The notes below the pieces were generated by a model, which was not told the origin of the DNA, did not search any database, and saw only the letters and a list, made by a program, of their open reading frames with translations. The translations under genes were made by a program, and so were the position numbers. 64,000 nt of DNA from an uncultured Caulobacterales bacterium (GTDB lineage Bacteria > Pseudomonadota > Alphaproteobacteria > Caulobacterales > Maricaulaceae), in assembly GCA_964534845.1 (NCBI GenBank), contig CAZHPV010000006.1, positions 11,140-75,139 on the forward strand, written 5' to 3'. Positions 1 to 10,286 of the stretch are shown here, one piece after another; position 1 is the stretch's first letter, and every line of letters starts with the position of its first letter.

Positions 1-85
1 GCCGAAGATACGGCAACAGTTGCAGGTCTTGCGTGATGCAGGGGTTTTGGAATTTGTGGCGCGGGGGAAGTATCGGGTGAGGTAG
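1..85 (+). CDS. 3' end of an upstream gene (tail ...LQVLRDAGVLEFVARGKYRVR*), possibly a winged-helix-like C-terminus
   Basis: Frame 2 is open from the window edge to TAG at 83-85. The fragment is too short to assign a family. Confidence 0.3.
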   Translation, partial: PKIRQQLQVLRDAGVLEFVARGKYRVR

Positions 86-103
86 GGCTACTTTGCCCAT
101 TAC

Positions 104-130
104 AAAAAAAACCGCCCCGAGAGGCGGCTT
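104..130 (-). terminator. Intrinsic terminator downstream of groEL
   Basis: GC stem CCGCC/GGCGG (112-116/123-127) preceded on the plus strand by an A8 run, which is a U-tract on the minus strand. A second 8-bp hairpin GGCGAAGG-TAAA-CCTTCGCC lies at 161-180. Confidence 0.6.
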
Positions 131-297
131 AAATAATACGGTGAGTTTGGTAGCCGCTGCGGCGAAGGTAAACCTTCGCCTTCGCGGTAGATGGAATTTT
201 CTTGGAACTGGCTAAAATCGATTCACAGGATCGATTTTTCAGCTTTGCTGACCACTCCAAGTCTCAAAAATACTTCAAGGCATGCTGTAGCCGCAGG

Positions 298-1956
<1,659 letters not shown>

Positions 1957-1993
1957 TTAGAGAGCTAATTCAAATTAAATGAGAGGGTTTGGC

Positions 1994-2281
1994 TTAGCCA
2001 ATAATCCCCATAATGTCGGACTCTTTCATGATTAACAGGTCTTTGCCGTCAATCTTGACTTCAGTGCCGCCCCATTTTCCAAATAGGACTCGGTCGCCTT
2101 TTTTAACGTCCAGCTTATTATATGTCCCGTCATCATTGCGGGTACCGGGCCCTACGGCCACGATCTTGCCTTCTGAAGGCTTTTCTGTTGCTGTATCAGG
2201 AATGATAATCCCGCCAGCTGATTTGGTATCTTCTTTGACGCGTTGCACGACAACACGGTCATGTAGAGGACGAAATTTCAT
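1994..2281 (-). CDS. groES: Co-chaperonin GroES (Cpn10)
   Basis: 95-aa [17 protein letters not shown]...GKIVAVGPG..., 49 nt upstream of groEL. Confidence 0.97.
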   Translation of the reverse strand: MKFRPLHDRVVVQRVKEDTKSAGGIIIPDTATEKPSEGKIVAVGPGTRNDDGTYNKLDVKKGDRVLFGKWGGTEVKIDGKDLLIMKESDIMGIIG

Positions 2282-2316
2282 AGTCGTAACTCTTCTATTT
2301 TAAAGGTTAAAGTCAT

Positions 2317-2343
2317 TTAGCACTCAATAGTATGGAGTGCTAA
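2317..2343. promoter_or_regulatory. CIRCE operator (HrcA binding site) of groESL
   Basis: Perfect TTAGCACTC-N9-GAGTGCTAA inverted repeat, 36 nt upstream of the groES start codon. Confidence 0.9.
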
Positions 2344-2351
2344 TAGGAGCC

Positions 2352-2379
2352 ATTTAGTGATGGGGTAGGGGATGGTCAA
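2352..2379 (-). promoter_or_regulatory. Candidate groESL promoter
   Basis: The minus strand reads CTCATCCCTTGACC-N16-CTAAAT. TTGACC and CTAAAT are spaced 16 nt apart. The CCCTTGA context resembles a heat-shock sigma -35 element. CIRCE lies just downstream. Confidence 0.5.
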
Positions 2380-2561
2380 GGGATGAGATTAAATAATTAT
2401 TCATTTTTTTAAATGTGTCGGCTGTTGGGGACCCTTTTTAGGAAAATACCCCTTTAGGCTGTTTAACCCCGCATATTCTCTCCTAATATGCGTATGGCCT
2501 GACATTTGCGATGTCTGTTTCAAATGTATCAACTCGGTACATAAATTAGCAGGAGTCTTGA

Positions 2562-4571
2562 ATGTTAGGTTTAACAAATAATGTAAATGGCGCCATTGTT
2601 GGCTCTAATGATACCGATGATACTTTGATTGGCGGCGGGGAAGATAATGCCTTCTTCGTAGGCCGTGGAACCGATTTTGTCGATGGTGGCGGGGGAAATG
2701 ACGTCTTAAATGTAGACGGTGAAGTTATTGAATGGACGTTTACCCAGCTTGCCAATGGCAATGTACTTATGACCCATCCGACATGGGGTGCCAATACGCT
2801 CGCAAATATCGAATCTATCTTCTTTGCGCGCTCTGGTACAACAATGAGCGTTCAAGATGCTATTGATGCGACAGCGGGTCTGCCTGATCAAAGATTGGAC
2901 AGCGATAATGTGATTAACGGCACAGACGGGGATGATTTTCTGTTTGCGAGTGTTGGTATTCAAGGCCTTTACGGTGGTGTCGGGAATGATACTTTTGACG
3001 GTGATGCCGGTAATTTTAATCAAGTGAATTATGACGGTATCAGATCAGAGTTTTCAATAGTCGATAATGGCGACGGGTCTATCACTGTGTTTCACCCGAT
3101 CTGGGGAACAGATACATTGTCTAATATTGATGCCCTTGTCTTTACGGGTCGCGAGCCTGGTGTAGACGGAGCTGAACAAGGGGCATTTGAGTTCTTGTCG
3201 GTAGACGATATCGATTTTGATGACTTTATTCCAGAGCCGGCACCGGAACCCACACCGGAGCCTACTCCAGAACCGACGCCAGAGCCTACTCCAGAGCCGA
3301 CACCGGAACCCACTCCAGAGCCGGCACCGGAACCCACTCCAGAGCCGACACCAGAACCCACTCCAGAGCCGACTCCTGAACCCACTCCAGAGCCGACTCC
3401 TGAACCTACTCCAGAGCCGAATGATGAGGGTGTCACCTCATTTTTCGGGACTGATCAAGATGACTTTATTCTTGGTACGAACGGGGACGACAACTTCTTT
3501 GGCGGAAACGGCAATGATGACATATCTGGCTTTGCGGGAGAAGATGTGCTGTTTGGCGGAACGGGTAATGACATCCTCTTTGGTGACGATGGCGCAGACT
3601 CGCTCTTTGGTGAAGACGGCGACGATGCCTTGTTCGGGGGAAGAACTGGTGATTTCTTAACTGGCGGTGCCGGCGATGACATTCTCTCAGGTGGTAATGG
3701 TTTTGATGATCTCTTTGGTGATAGCGGTAATGACTTCATTGAAGGCGGCAATGGCCAGGACTTCCTAAACGGCGGAACGGGTAATGATTTACTACTCGGC
3801 GATAGCGGAGCAGATACTCTCTTCGGTGAAGATGGTAATGACACGTTCAACGGCGGTGCAGGTAATGACTATTTCGTCGGCGGTAACGGCGCAGACACCT
3901 TTGTCTTTGACACGGGCTCTGGGTTTAACCGTATCGAGGACTTCCATACGGAACAAGGTGATAGACTTGACCTCACCGATTTCGGAATAACCAATTTTGA
4001 TGACTTAAACCTTGTTGAACAAGACGGTACAGTGTTTGTCTTCTTAGACGAGAACACGTCTGTTGAGCTAACAGGTGTAACAAGCATTTCAGAACTTGAC
4101 CAAAGTATTTTGTTCACGGATGGAGCGCCAGTAGAGCCGCCAGCGCCAAGTGACCCAGGACCGACAGGTCCGCCGCAATCCGTTCCAGGCACTGAGGCGG
4201 CTGACAACTTGATTGGTAGCAACTTAAATGACTTCCTAAACGGCGGTGCTGGTGATGATACACTTGATGGCGGTGCTGGAAATGACATTCTGCTTGGCGG
4301 TCAAGGGAATGATCTGTTGATCGGAAATGAAGGTGCGGATGTTTTCGCCTTTGACTCTGACTCCGGGTTTAGCCGAATTGCGGATTTTAATCCTGAAGAG
4401 GGTGATATCATTGATCTCTTTGGTACTGAACTCGTAGATTTTGCTGATATAAACCTTGTCGAGGACAATGGGGTTGTCTTTGTCTATATTGATGAGGATA
4501 CGAGTATCGAGATAACGGGTTTTTCGAGTATAGATCAGCTCAATATTGAAAGTGATTTCTTTGTCGGGTAA
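2562..4571 (+). CDS. Secreted RTX-type calcium-binding repeat protein with a (PEPT)n linker and two T1SS-type C-terminal modules
   Basis: 669 aa. It has GGxGxD nonapeptide runs (GGNGNDDISGFAGEDVLFGGTGNDILFGDDGADSLFG...), about 16 PEPT/PEPA units and two copies of the module GADxFxFDxxSGFxRIxDF...GDxxDL. It is acidic, contains no Cys and has no N-terminal signal peptide. Confidence 0.85.
   Translation: MLGLTNNVNGAIVGSNDTDDTLIGGGEDNAFFVGRGTDFVDGGGGNDVLNVDGEVIEWTFTQLANGNVLMTHPTWGANTLANIESIFFARSGTTMSVQDAIDATAGLPDQRLDSDNVINGTDGDDFLFASVGIQGLYGGVGNDTFDGDAGNFNQVNYDGIRSEFSIVDNGDGSITVFHPIWGTDTLSNIDALVFTGREPGVDGAEQGAFEFLSVDDIDFDDFIPEPAPEPTPEPTPEPTPEPTPEPTPEPTPEPAPEPTPEPTPEPTPEPTPEPTPEPTPEPTPEPNDEGVTSFFGTDQDDFILGTNGDDNFFGGNGNDDISGFAGEDVLFGGTGNDILFGDDGADSLFGEDGDDALFGGRTGDFLTGGAGDDILSGGNGFDDLFGDSGNDFIEGGNGQDFLNGGTGNDLLLGDSGADTLFGEDGNDTFNGGAGNDYFVGGNGADTFVFDTGSGFNRIEDFHTEQGDRLDLTDFGITNFDDLNLVEQDGTVFVFLDENTSVELTGVTSISELDQSILFTDGAPVEPPAPSDPGPTGPPQSVPGTEAADNLIGSNLNDFLNGGAGDDTLDGGAGNDILLGGQGNDLLIGNEGADVFAFDSDSGFSRIADFNPEEGDIIDLFGTELVDFADINLVEDNGVVFVYIDEDTSIEITGFSSIDQLNIESDFFVG
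3231..3419 (+). repeat. In-frame 12-nt tandem repeat encoding (P-E-P-T/A)n
   Basis: Residues 224-286 of the RTX protein consist of about 16 consecutive ccagagccgaca-like units. Confidence 0.95.
3447..3899 (+). repeat. RTX nonapeptide (GGxGxDxLx) repeat block 1; a shorter block 2 lies at about 4191-4349
   Basis: Glycine and aspartate recur with a 9-residue period across residues 296-446 of the translated ORF. Confidence 0.8.
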
Positions 4572-4594
4572 TAAACGTCAATTATAAAATTTGT

Positions 4595-4624
4595 AAGACA
4601 CTGCTTAGGCAGTGTCTTTTTTTT
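4595..4624 (+). terminator. Intrinsic terminator of the RTX gene
   Basis: 10-bp stem AAGACACTGC/GCAGTGTCTT with a 4-nt loop, followed by a T8 run. Confidence 0.85.
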
Positions 4625-4771
4625 GTCTGCGTTTAGTAGTTAAGGGGCGATGGGCTCCTCAACGAACCCTCTAGTTTTGTATAGGCCGTTTTTAAATATG
4701 TCGCTTGCCATAAGGTCAGGATAAGATAGCCTTAGAGATGCGACCCGTAAGGTCTATGAGGAAACGCCCAA

Positions 4772-6151
4772 GTGCCACAGAAAGATAAACTGGATTTGAC
4801 ACAGGGAAAGGTGTCTTCTCACATATTACGCATGCTCGGCCCGTCCAGTCTGGCAATTGTGGCACTGCTGTCTGCGGGCATAATTGATACGATTTATCTG
4901 GGCCATCTTACCAATCCCGATATACCCAATATGGGAGTCTTAGCCTTAGCCGCTGTCGGCTTTGCCTATCCGCTAACATTTATCGGTAATAGCGCCAATA
5001 TTGGGTTGGGCGCGGGAACCTTATCAGCGGTCTCTCGCGCGATTGGGCGCAAAGATATAGAACAAGCCAAAAGACGCGGAACAGCGGCCATGATGCTAGC
5101 CGTTAGTTTTATGCTGATCATTATCAATGTCATGCTTTTGATTTTGCCAAACTTACTCGACCTTTTGGGTGCGAAGGGGCAGATAAAAGAATTGGCACAG
5201 AGCTATTTACGTATCACCTTGCCGGGGCTGGTTATTATGTCAATGACAAGCCTGTGCGCCAATATATTACGGGCGCGCGGAGAAGCCGCTTTGCCGAGTT
5301 CATTTATGATCGTCAATGCGCTGGTGAATATTATCCTCGACCCGCTTCTTATTTTTGGAATTGGGCCTTTTCCGCGCTTAGAGGTAGAGGGAGCCGCTTT
5401 GGCGACCTTTATCGGATATTGTGCAAGCTCCATTTTCGCTCTTTATGTTGTCTGTTGGCGCAGGCGGGCCATTGCCTTTTCAGGCATGACATTCGGGTCT
5501 ATCAAACGGGCGTGGGGCGTTGTTGCCCGTGTGGGATTACCCGCTGCCGGAACGAATATAATTGTACCTATCGGCGCAACCATTGCTGTGGCGATCATCG
5601 CCCGCTTTTTAACCATAGAAGATGTCGCCGCCTTTACCGTTGCGGGACGCGCCGAAATGCTTTCCGTTGCCTTGCTTTACGCGCTTTCGGCCTGCATCGG
5701 CGCTGTGACAGGACAAAACGGGGGCGCGGGTCTGTCTGGGCGCGTGCGCGATACCTTCAAATTCTGCTATTTTATTTGCATAATGTGGGGCACATTTTCC
5801 GCGATTGTACTGGCCTTGTTTGCCGGCCCTATCGTTTCGGTGTTTACGGTCGATACATTGGTTATTTCCAAAGCCAAAGCCTATTTTTATATCGTACCCA
5901 TAACTGTATTTGCGTATGGGTTTGTCTTTGTCAGCGCTGCAGGCCTGAATGCTCTGGGGCGTCCGTTATACGGCCTTTGCTACACAATCATAAGGTCGAT
6001 CATTCTTTATGTCTTATGCATTTATATAGGTGTGCAGCTACACGGTCTGACTGGGGCGTTTATCGGGATAGCTTTTGCTAATCTTGTCTCGGGTCTTACG
6101 GCCTATCTGTGGACGATGCGCCGCGCGCCCATGAGTGCAAATATTCGTTAG
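4772..6151 (+). CDS. MATE-family efflux transporter
   Basis: 459-aa polytopic membrane protein whose length and repeat architecture fit the MATE family. GTG start preceded by a GAGGAA Shine-Dalgarno sequence. Confidence 0.8.
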   Translation: MPQKDKLDLTQGKVSSHILRMLGPSSLAIVALLSAGIIDTIYLGHLTNPDIPNMGVLALAAVGFAYPLTFIGNSANIGLGAGTLSAVSRAIGRKDIEQAKRRGTAAMMLAVSFMLIIINVMLLILPNLLDLLGAKGQIKELAQSYLRITLPGLVIMSMTSLCANILRARGEAALPSSFMIVNALVNIILDPLLIFGIGPFPRLEVEGAALATFIGYCASSIFALYVVCWRRRAIAFSGMTFGSIKRAWGVVARVGLPAAGTNIIVPIGATIAVAIIARFLTIEDVAAFTVAGRAEMLSVALLYALSACIGAVTGQNGGAGLSGRVRDTFKFCYFICIMWGTFSAIVLALFAGPIVSVFTVDTLVISKAKAYFYIVPITVFAYGFVFVSAAGLNALGRPLYGLCYTIIRSIILYVLCIYIGVQLHGLTGAFIGIAFANLVSGLTAYLWTMRRAPMSANIR

Positions 6152-6238
6152 TCCTTGATTGTTATTGATGGGTGCCGAGTTTACGCCGTTTCAAGCTATG
6201 TCTTGAGCTATCATCTCATACTCGGTAAGTCTTAGGCT

Positions 6239-7153
6239 ATGAAACGTGTTTTTACAGTGACGTGTAGCGCTCTCATTATAATGGGGTGTCAGGGTTCAGA
6301 TGCCGACACGGATAAAGCAAAACGGGTCGGGGTAAATTCAGAATGTTTAACGTCGCCCTCGCCTCCGCCGGTTAAACTGGCGGCGCAAACGGATTTCCAA
6401 TTGGGAAGTCCAGAAGGAGGGTATCCGGAAGAGGCTCCGCGTCTGGCAAGTTTTCCGGCTTTTGATATTGACGCAACGGAAGTTACCAATGCGCAATTTG
6501 CCAAATTCGTCCAAGAGACGGGTTATATCACTACAGCCGAGAAACCCCACATAGCGAGCGGACAGCCGGCAGGCGGGGCTGTTTTTAAGCCGCCGCGGGC
6601 CGGTCAAGCGGGGTGGTGGCAATTTATCGCGGGTGCGCATTGGCGCGCTCCGGAAGGTCCGAACTCGTATATAAAAGGGCGTGAGCAAGATCCTGTTGTG
6701 CAAGTCTCATTAGCGGACGCAAAGGCCTATGCGCAGTGGGCTGGGCGCGCTATTCCAAATGAAGCCCAATGGGAATATGCCGCGCGGGCAGGGGTGCGGA
6801 CACCTTATATGTGGGGCAGTGAAGACAAACAAGATGTGAGCACAAAGGCGGCTAATATTTGGCAGGGGGCCTTTCCCCTTGAAAACACAGGGGAAGACGG
6901 TTTTGTCGGCCGCGCTCCTATTGGCTGTTATCCTTCAAATGCATATGGGCTTTATGATATGATCGGCAATGTTTGGGAATGGACGCTAACGCCATTTGAG
7001 CTCAGCCCGTCTAAAATTGATTATGCGATTAAAGGGGGATCGTTTTTATGTGCACCGAATTATTGTGTGCGCTACCGCGCACCGGCCCGTCAGCCGCATG
7101 AGCAGGATTTTTCGACCAATCATATTGGATTTCGCACAGTGTCAAAACCCTGA
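6239..7153 (+). CDS. Formylglycine-generating-enzyme (SUMF1/FGE-sulfatase) family lipoprotein
   Basis: Lipobox IIMGC, plus the motifs EVTNAQFAKFV, GNVWEWT and KGGSFLC that are typical of the FGE-sulfatase domain. Confidence 0.8.
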   Translation: MKRVFTVTCSALIIMGCQGSDADTDKAKRVGVNSECLTSPSPPPVKLAAQTDFQLGSPEGGYPEEAPRLASFPAFDIDATEVTNAQFAKFVQETGYITTAEKPHIASGQPAGGAVFKPPRAGQAGWWQFIAGAHWRAPEGPNSYIKGREQDPVVQVSLADAKAYAQWAGRAIPNEAQWEYAARAGVRTPYMWGSEDKQDVSTKAANIWQGAFPLENTGEDGFVGRAPIGCYPSNAYGLYDMIGNVWEWTLTPFELSPSKIDYAIKGGSFLCAPNYCVRYRAPARQPHEQDFSTNHIGFRTVSKP

Positions 7154-7181
7154 GACGGCTCGTTTGGATAGACCTGTTAAA

Positions 7182-7937
7182 TCAGGCCGGAAACTCTTTA
7201 TAAAAATATGTTTTGCCCCTCTGATAAGAGTGGAAAATACGGGGCGGGGCGGAGGGCAGGGCTAAATATTGTTCGAGTACTTGTAACATCATTTTCGTGG
7301 CGCGTTGCAAATCCAGTTTTCCAATCTCGTCAAATGAGAACCAATCTACATTTGACAATTCTGCGCTATCGGAAATTGGCGGCGGCGTGCCAGTTAAATG
7401 TTTTACAAAAAACCATGTGTCGTAACGCCTATGGCGGTGAGGCGGGGTAACGGCGCGTCCAAAAACTTCTATCCCGCTTAGATCAGCGATCTGTCCCTGG
7501 TCATGTAAAGCCTGCCAGCCCGCATTTTTCATATTGCGTATTGTGTCTTGAGGTTGTCCCAGAATAAGACTTGTTTCTTCAAAGGTCTCCCTTATGGATG
7601 CCAGCACAATAGCGCGGGCCTTGCGCGGATTATAAGCGGCCTCCAAAATGGTCTCTGTTCGCGGGGATAAATCCCCTATATAGGGAGCATAACTGTCAGC
7701 GCGCTCAACCCGCCCGCCCGGAAAAACGAAAACGCTGGGCATAAAATCATTTTTCGAGCTGCGTTGGCCCATTAAAATTTTAGGCTTGTCTTTTGGCCCT
7801 TTTAACAAAACAATAGTCGAGGCAATGCGCGGACGTGGAGCCCGTTTAAGCGCTAGGCGGCGCGCCTTTTCTTCCGCATTCATAATAATTTTGCCGGGAA
7901 TGACTATTTCAGTTTTCGAGGGCGTTTTCATGCTCAT
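7182..7937 (-). CDS. NUDIX-family hydrolase
   Basis: 251 aa with a Nudix-box-like segment, PGGRVE...IRETFEETSL. It lies 18 nt downstream of rnr on the same strand. Confidence 0.7.
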   Translation of the reverse strand: MSMKTPSKTEIVIPGKIIMNAEEKARRLALKRAPRPRIASTIVLLKGPKDKPKILMGQRSSKNDFMPSVFVFPGGRVERADSYAPYIGDLSPRTETILEAAYNPRKARAIVLASIRETFEETSLILGQPQDTIRNMKNAGWQALHDQGQIADLSGIEVFGRAVTPPHRHRRYDTWFFVKHLTGTPPPISDSAELSNVDWFSFDEIGKLDLQRATKMMLQVLEQYLALPSAPPRIFHSYQRGKTYFYKEFPA

Positions 7938-7955
7938 AAATCTCGTTTATTTTAG

Positions 7956-10226
7956 TTATCGTCGTCTCGACCGGCTACCTTTTTTTGCCCCGAAAGGACG
8001 GTTATTGCGCGAATGGCCGCCCCTGCGAGCGGTTCCGCGTTTCGGTTTGGGGCCTTTTTCAGGTTTTGTCAGCATTTCAAAAATCAGACTGCCGGTTATA
8101 CCATCTGCTTCTTTTAGCCGAACCTCTACCTGACGCCCAAAGCGGTATCTATTACCCGTATCCGCCCCGATCAGGGAGCGGGATTTTTCTTCAAAGACAT
8201 AATATTCATTGCCCAGATCACGCGCAATAATCAATCCGTCTGCCCCCGTTTCATCCAGTGTGATAAAGAGTCCGAATTTTGTGACCCCGGTTATGCGTGC
8301 GCTAAACACCGCGCCAATCCGCTTTTCCAAATAGCGGGCAATATAGCGATCTTTAGCGTCCCGTTCCGCGCTGGCAGCGCGGCGTTCCATATCGGAAATA
8401 TGTTCCGAAATTTCTTTAAGGCGGGATTGTTCGCGTTTTGTTGTTCCGTCATCTCCCAGATCAAATGTCGCAATAAGGGCGCGGTGCACAACAAGGTCTG
8501 CATAACGGCGAATTGGGGATGTAAAATGGGCGTAATGGGTCAGGTTAAGTCCGAAATGCCCTTTTGGCTCAGGCCCGTAATAGGCTTGGCTCTGAGAGCG
8601 TAGAACCGACATGGAGATAATGTCCGTCATATCCATTTTGCGGGCTTTTTCCATAAGCAGGTTAAAGCGGCGCGGGCTTACTTTCTCTCCGAGTGAAAAT
8701 TTCAGACCAAGGGGCGGTAAAAATTCGGACAGGCTTTGGAGTTTTTCGCGGGCAGGAGGTTCATGCACCCTTACAATGGTTATTGCGTTTTTTTCAAAGA
8801 GGGCTTCAGCGGCTGCAACATTGGCTTGAACCATAAATTCCTCGATGAGTTTATGGGCATCGAAACGCTCACGCAGGCTAACTTTGGTGACCTCGCCTTT
8901 ATCATTCACATGCACGCGGCGTTCTGGAAGCTCTATATCAAGGGGTGCGCGCGCCTCTCTAGCGCCTCGCAAGGTTTTATAAGCCGCAAAAATATCGCCA
9001 AGTATAGGCATAACAGGCTGGGCCGCGTCTCCGGGCTGACCGTCAAAGCCTTCTTGGGCTTGTGCATATGTCAGTCGGGCATGGGAGCGCATAATCCCGC
9101 GGGTAAATCTATGGGTGCGTTTTTTCCCGCTTCTATCAAATATCATTTTTACCGCCATACAGGCCCGGTCTTCATGCGGGCGTAGGGAGCATAAATCCGA
9201 AGACAGTTCATGGGGTAACATCGGCTCCACCCGGTCTGGCAGATAGACCGAATTTCCGCGCATTTCCGCGGCTTTATCAAGCGGGCTATCCGGTGTTACA
9301 AAGGCGGCGACATCGGCAATAGCGACCCAGATAATCCAGCCGTCTTTGTTTTTTGGGTCTGTGTCGGCACAGGCATAGACCGCATCGTCAAAGTCCTTGG
9401 CATCTGCCGGGTCTATTGTAATCAGGGGTAAGTCTCGCAAATCTTCGCGTGCGCCTGAGAGGGTTGGTAGCTTTAAATTTTTGGCCTGTTCAATGACAGC
9501 GTCTGGAAATCCAATCGGAATATTATGGCTTTTAAGTGAAATCAGGCTTGCAGCTTTCGGCCCGTCTGCGGGTCCTAAAACATCCGTAATTTCAGCGATA
9601 CGGTCATAGCGGTTTTTATTACGATTTTTGGCGCGAAACATGACCAATGTTTGCGCGCCGCCCCTGTCGGTTGTGTCGGTTATCTCATCGGGTAGGCGTG
9701 AGGGCCGGTATTCTTGGCGCGCTTTTTTATCAACGGGCTTTATAGCCCATCCGCGCCCGTCCTTATATAATATGCCCATATGCTGACTGGGGCCGTCACC
9801 CAGTTTCTTCATGACAGAGGCGATAATAAAGCCGTCTTTTTCTTTGATACGGCAAAGGACGCGTGCGCCGACGCCAATTGTCGCCGGTTTTTTGTGCTTC
9901 GAGCTTTTAACAGGGGGGCCTTCGCGCACGATCAACTTTGGCGGTTCGCCGTCTCCTTTATAGGGTTCAGGCTCACCAATCATATCACCTTGGTCGTCCA
10001 GACCTGTTACGCGAATAACCATAACGGAGGGTAAGGCGCCGGCCTCCCTATAGGTTTTTTTTGACGATAAAATCAGGATGCCATCATCCACCATTTCACG
10101 CAAAAGCTGGCGTAATTCGCGCCTGTCTTCACCTTTTATATCCAATCGACGGGCGAGGGATTTTCGGTCAAGACGGTCAGGAAATTCGCGTATTGTGTTT
10201 AGTAATATGTCGCGTGAAAGACCCAT
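7956..10226 (-). CDS. rnr: Ribonuclease R
   Basis: 756 aa with the RNB catalytic region (ITIDPADAKDFDDAV...), a C-terminal S1-like domain and a basic Lys/Arg tail. Confidence 0.93.
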   Translation of the reverse strand: MGLSRDILLNTIREFPDRLDRKSLARRLDIKGEDRRELRQLLREMVDDGILILSSKKTYREAGALPSVMVIRVTGLDDQGDMIGEPEPYKGDGEPPKLIVREGPPVKSSKHKKPATIGVGARVLCRIKEKDGFIIASVMKKLGDGPSQHMGILYKDGRGWAIKPVDKKARQEYRPSRLPDEITDTTDRGGAQTLVMFRAKNRNKNRYDRIAEITDVLGPADGPKAASLISLKSHNIPIGFPDAVIEQAKNLKLPTLSGAREDLRDLPLITIDPADAKDFDDAVYACADTDPKNKDGWIIWVAIADVAAFVTPDSPLDKAAEMRGNSVYLPDRVEPMLPHELSSDLCSLRPHEDRACMAVKMIFDRSGKKRTHRFTRGIMRSHARLTYAQAQEGFDGQPGDAAQPVMPILGDIFAAYKTLRGAREARAPLDIELPERRVHVNDKGEVTKVSLRERFDAHKLIEEFMVQANVAAAEALFEKNAITIVRVHEPPAREKLQSLSEFLPPLGLKFSLGEKVSPRRFNLLMEKARKMDMTDIISMSVLRSQSQAYYGPEPKGHFGLNLTHYAHFTSPIRRYADLVVHRALIATFDLGDDGTTKREQSRLKEISEHISDMERRAASAERDAKDRYIARYLEKRIGAVFSARITGVTKFGLFITLDETGADGLIIARDLGNEYYVFEEKSRSLIGADTGNRYRFGRQVEVRLKEADGITGSLIFEMLTKPEKGPKPKRGTARRGGHSRNNRPFGAKKGSRSRRR

Positions 10227-10286
10227 AGCGTTCTATGGTGGCGTTTGCGGATTTTAGCAAGGGTCAGACCTGTGCAAGCTTTAGGT

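Noticed and set aside
3231-3419. Possible CRISPR or other non-coding array (also considered at 44540-44779)
   Set aside because: The repeats have periods of 12 and 30 nt, are contiguous without spacers, and stay in frame within ORFs, so they are coding tandem repeats.
3092-3436. 114-aa minus-strand ORF made of GSGV repeats
   Set aside because: It is the antisense mirror of the (PEPT)n coding repeat inside the RTX gene, so the open frame is an artefact of the repeat.
5254-6081. 275-aa Arg/Cys-rich plus-strand ORF
   Set aside because: It is an alternative frame entirely inside the MATE transporter gene and has no protein-like composition.
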